In this document: one piece after another, positions 62,908 through 64,000 of the stretch
Numbering within the stretch: position 1 is the first letter of the stretch
Layout of the letters: each line of letters opens with the position of its first letter
IMG/VR virus record: IMGVR_UViG_2974522809_000001
Coordinates: 7,093 to 71,092 of that record
Length of the DNA stretch: 64,000 nt
Reading direction: 5' to 3' (one strand)
Origin: a virus
Taxonomy: Duplodnaviria; Caudoviricetes
The notes under the pieces: generated by a model
Database searches by the model: none
Seen by the model: the letters and a program-made list of their open reading frames with translations, nothing else
Told to the model about the DNA's origin: nothing
Translations under genes and position numbers: made by a program

Positions 62908-62973
62908 GCGGTAGCGGGGCTGTCCCGCTTGGCTGATATAGGAACACTAACCCGACTAAGGCGGGTAAGTCAA
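62908..62973 (-). promoter_or_regulatory. Repeat promoter/palindrome/leader cassette, copy 7
   Basis: Exact 30-mer at 62944-62973, with the leader. Confidence 0.85.
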
Positions 62974-63009
62974 GGGCCAGGACCAGGCAATTTGCCCGGC
63001 CCTGGCCCT
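62973..63009 (-). terminator. Hairpin abutting the -35 of cassette copy 7
   Basis: Minus strand AGGGCCAGG-G-CCGGGCA-AAT-TGCCTGG-T-CCTGGCCCT, just after the TAA of 63017-63763. Confidence 0.7.
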
Positions 63010-63016
63010 CGGGTGG

Positions 63017-63763
63017 TTACGCCTTGGCCTTGGCAGCCTTGCGGGCGGCGTCACCGGGGCGGGGCTTGCGGCCACCGGGGTTCGCGCTGGTGGGCACGTG
63101 CTGGAGCCACTTGCCGACCGCCTCGTTGGCCTCTGCGGCGTCCAAGCCCTCCGGCAGGGTGATGGTGCCGTCGGCCAGCGCTGCGTTCACCAGAGCGACG
63201 ATCTGGTCACCAAGCGCCTGCTTCTTGCTCACGCGCTTGGCCGGTGCCTCGGTGACCTCGGTGACCTCGGGGGCCGGGGCCATCGCCTCGACGGTCTCGG
63301 CGTCGGTGACGGGCTCGTCCACCTCGGGCTCGGGGTCGGCGGGCACCTCGGGGAGGATGTCGGCCAGCGCGTCGGCTGCGGACTCGTAGACGGTGACGTT
63401 GGACTTGATCGCCTTGCCCTTGCTGGCCTTCTTCGGGGCCTTGGCCTTGGGCGCGTTCTTGGCCTCGATCAGCGCGTTGATGGCCTCTTCCTGCCAGCCC
63501 TTGTCGGCGGGGAAGTCACCGACGTTGGCCACACCCTGCACGCTGGTGGGCACGGCGGGCACCACGTTGGACTCCCACCCCTTCTCGGCGAAGTGCGCGC
63601 CCACCTTGCCGCTGCGGGCCTTCTCGGCGGCGGCAGCGGACTTGTGCCAGCTGTAGGCCGAGTTGTTGACCATCAGCACGTGGGTGTAGGGCATGGTCGG
63701 GCTGGTGCGGGTGAAGGTTTTGCCGTTGTCGGCGGTGGCGGTGAAGGTAACGGTTGCGGCCAT
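63017..63763 (-). CDS. Hypothetical protein (Ala/Lys/Glu-rich), likely highly expressed early gene
   Basis: 248 aa, AAAGGAG RBS, strong codon bias, first gene after cassette copy 8. Confidence 0.8.
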   Translation of the reverse strand: MAATVTFTATADNGKTFTRTSPTMPYTHVLMVNNSAYSWHKSAAAAEKARSGKVGAHFAEKGWESNVVPAVPTSVQGVANVGDFPADKGWQEEAINALIEAKNAPKAKAPKKASKGKAIKSNVTVYESAADALADILPEVPADPEPEVDEPVTDAETVEAMAPAPEVTEVTEAPAKRVSKKQALGDQIVALVNAALADGTITLPEGLDAAEANEAVGKWLQHVPTSANPGGRKPRPGDAARKAAKAKA

Positions 63764-63782
63764 TTTGGCTCTCCTTTGATCT

Positions 63783-63848
63783 GCGGTAGCGGGGCGGTCC
63801 CGCTTGGCTGATACAGGAACACTAACCCGACTTAGGCGGGCAAGTCAA
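63783..63848 (-). promoter_or_regulatory. Repeat promoter/palindrome/leader cassette, copy 8 (variant)
   Basis: ACACTAACCCGACTTAGGCGGGCAAGTCAA at 63819-63848, with the leader and an AT-rich upstream segment. Confidence 0.85.
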
Positions 63849-64000
63849 GCGGTTAGCGAAAATTCTTTTGGAGCGCAGGTCAGGCCCGTTTTCTTCGCAC
63901 CCCTGGTACCGCCCCCGGTGTCCGGCTCCGTGCATTTAGACTAACCCGAAAATGACCGAGAGCGCAAACCCGCTGATAGGTGGTCGGATATGCTCCGGCC

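Noticed and set aside
10536-63848. 30-bp repeats as a CRISPR array or terminal repeats
   Set aside because: The copies are dispersed over 53 kb, each before a gene start, with no regular spacers. The Cas4-like gene sits in a replication context.
63938-63949. Ninth cassette copy (AGACTAACCCGA)
   Set aside because: Only a half-site is present; the second half of the palindrome and the -35 are missing.

Overview
This 64 kb window is most of a GC-rich (roughly 68% by eye) lytic siphophage genome whose gene order and proteins match mycobacteriophage Cluster B-type phages (inferred from recalled gene content, no search run). The left arm (+ strand) runs: portal (5' truncated), MuF/protease fusion, two capsid genes, a membrane/holin cluster, major tail, head-tail genes, tail chaperone, a 2021-aa tape measure, minor tail genes, then lysin A and lysin B. 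A leftward block encodes a Cas4-like nuclease, helicase, primase/helicase and family A DNA polymerase. The right arm is dense with small genes. No integrase, repressor-integration cassette, CRISPR array or rRNA was seen. Main observations: (1) a tRNA-shaped 71-nt element with a canonical T-arm but a 4-nt 'anticodon' loop (60397-60467, minus strand); (2) 8 dispersed copies of a TTGACT-18-TAGT(G/C/T)T promoter with a CCCG-N7-CGGG palindrome in its spacer, 7 of them followed by a near-identical co-varying 5' leader hairpin, plus an extra palindrome at the lysin A promoter; (3) a second tail-assembly-chaperone-like G/T pair with a likely -1 frameshift, displaced about 16 kb from its usual position; (4) many apparently leaderless genes (TANNNT + 6-7 nt + start codon); (5) a 36-bp alternating purine/pyrimidine tract in the divergence region; (6) several sub-60-aa genes missed by the ORF track. 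All functional calls come from motif recognition by eye.
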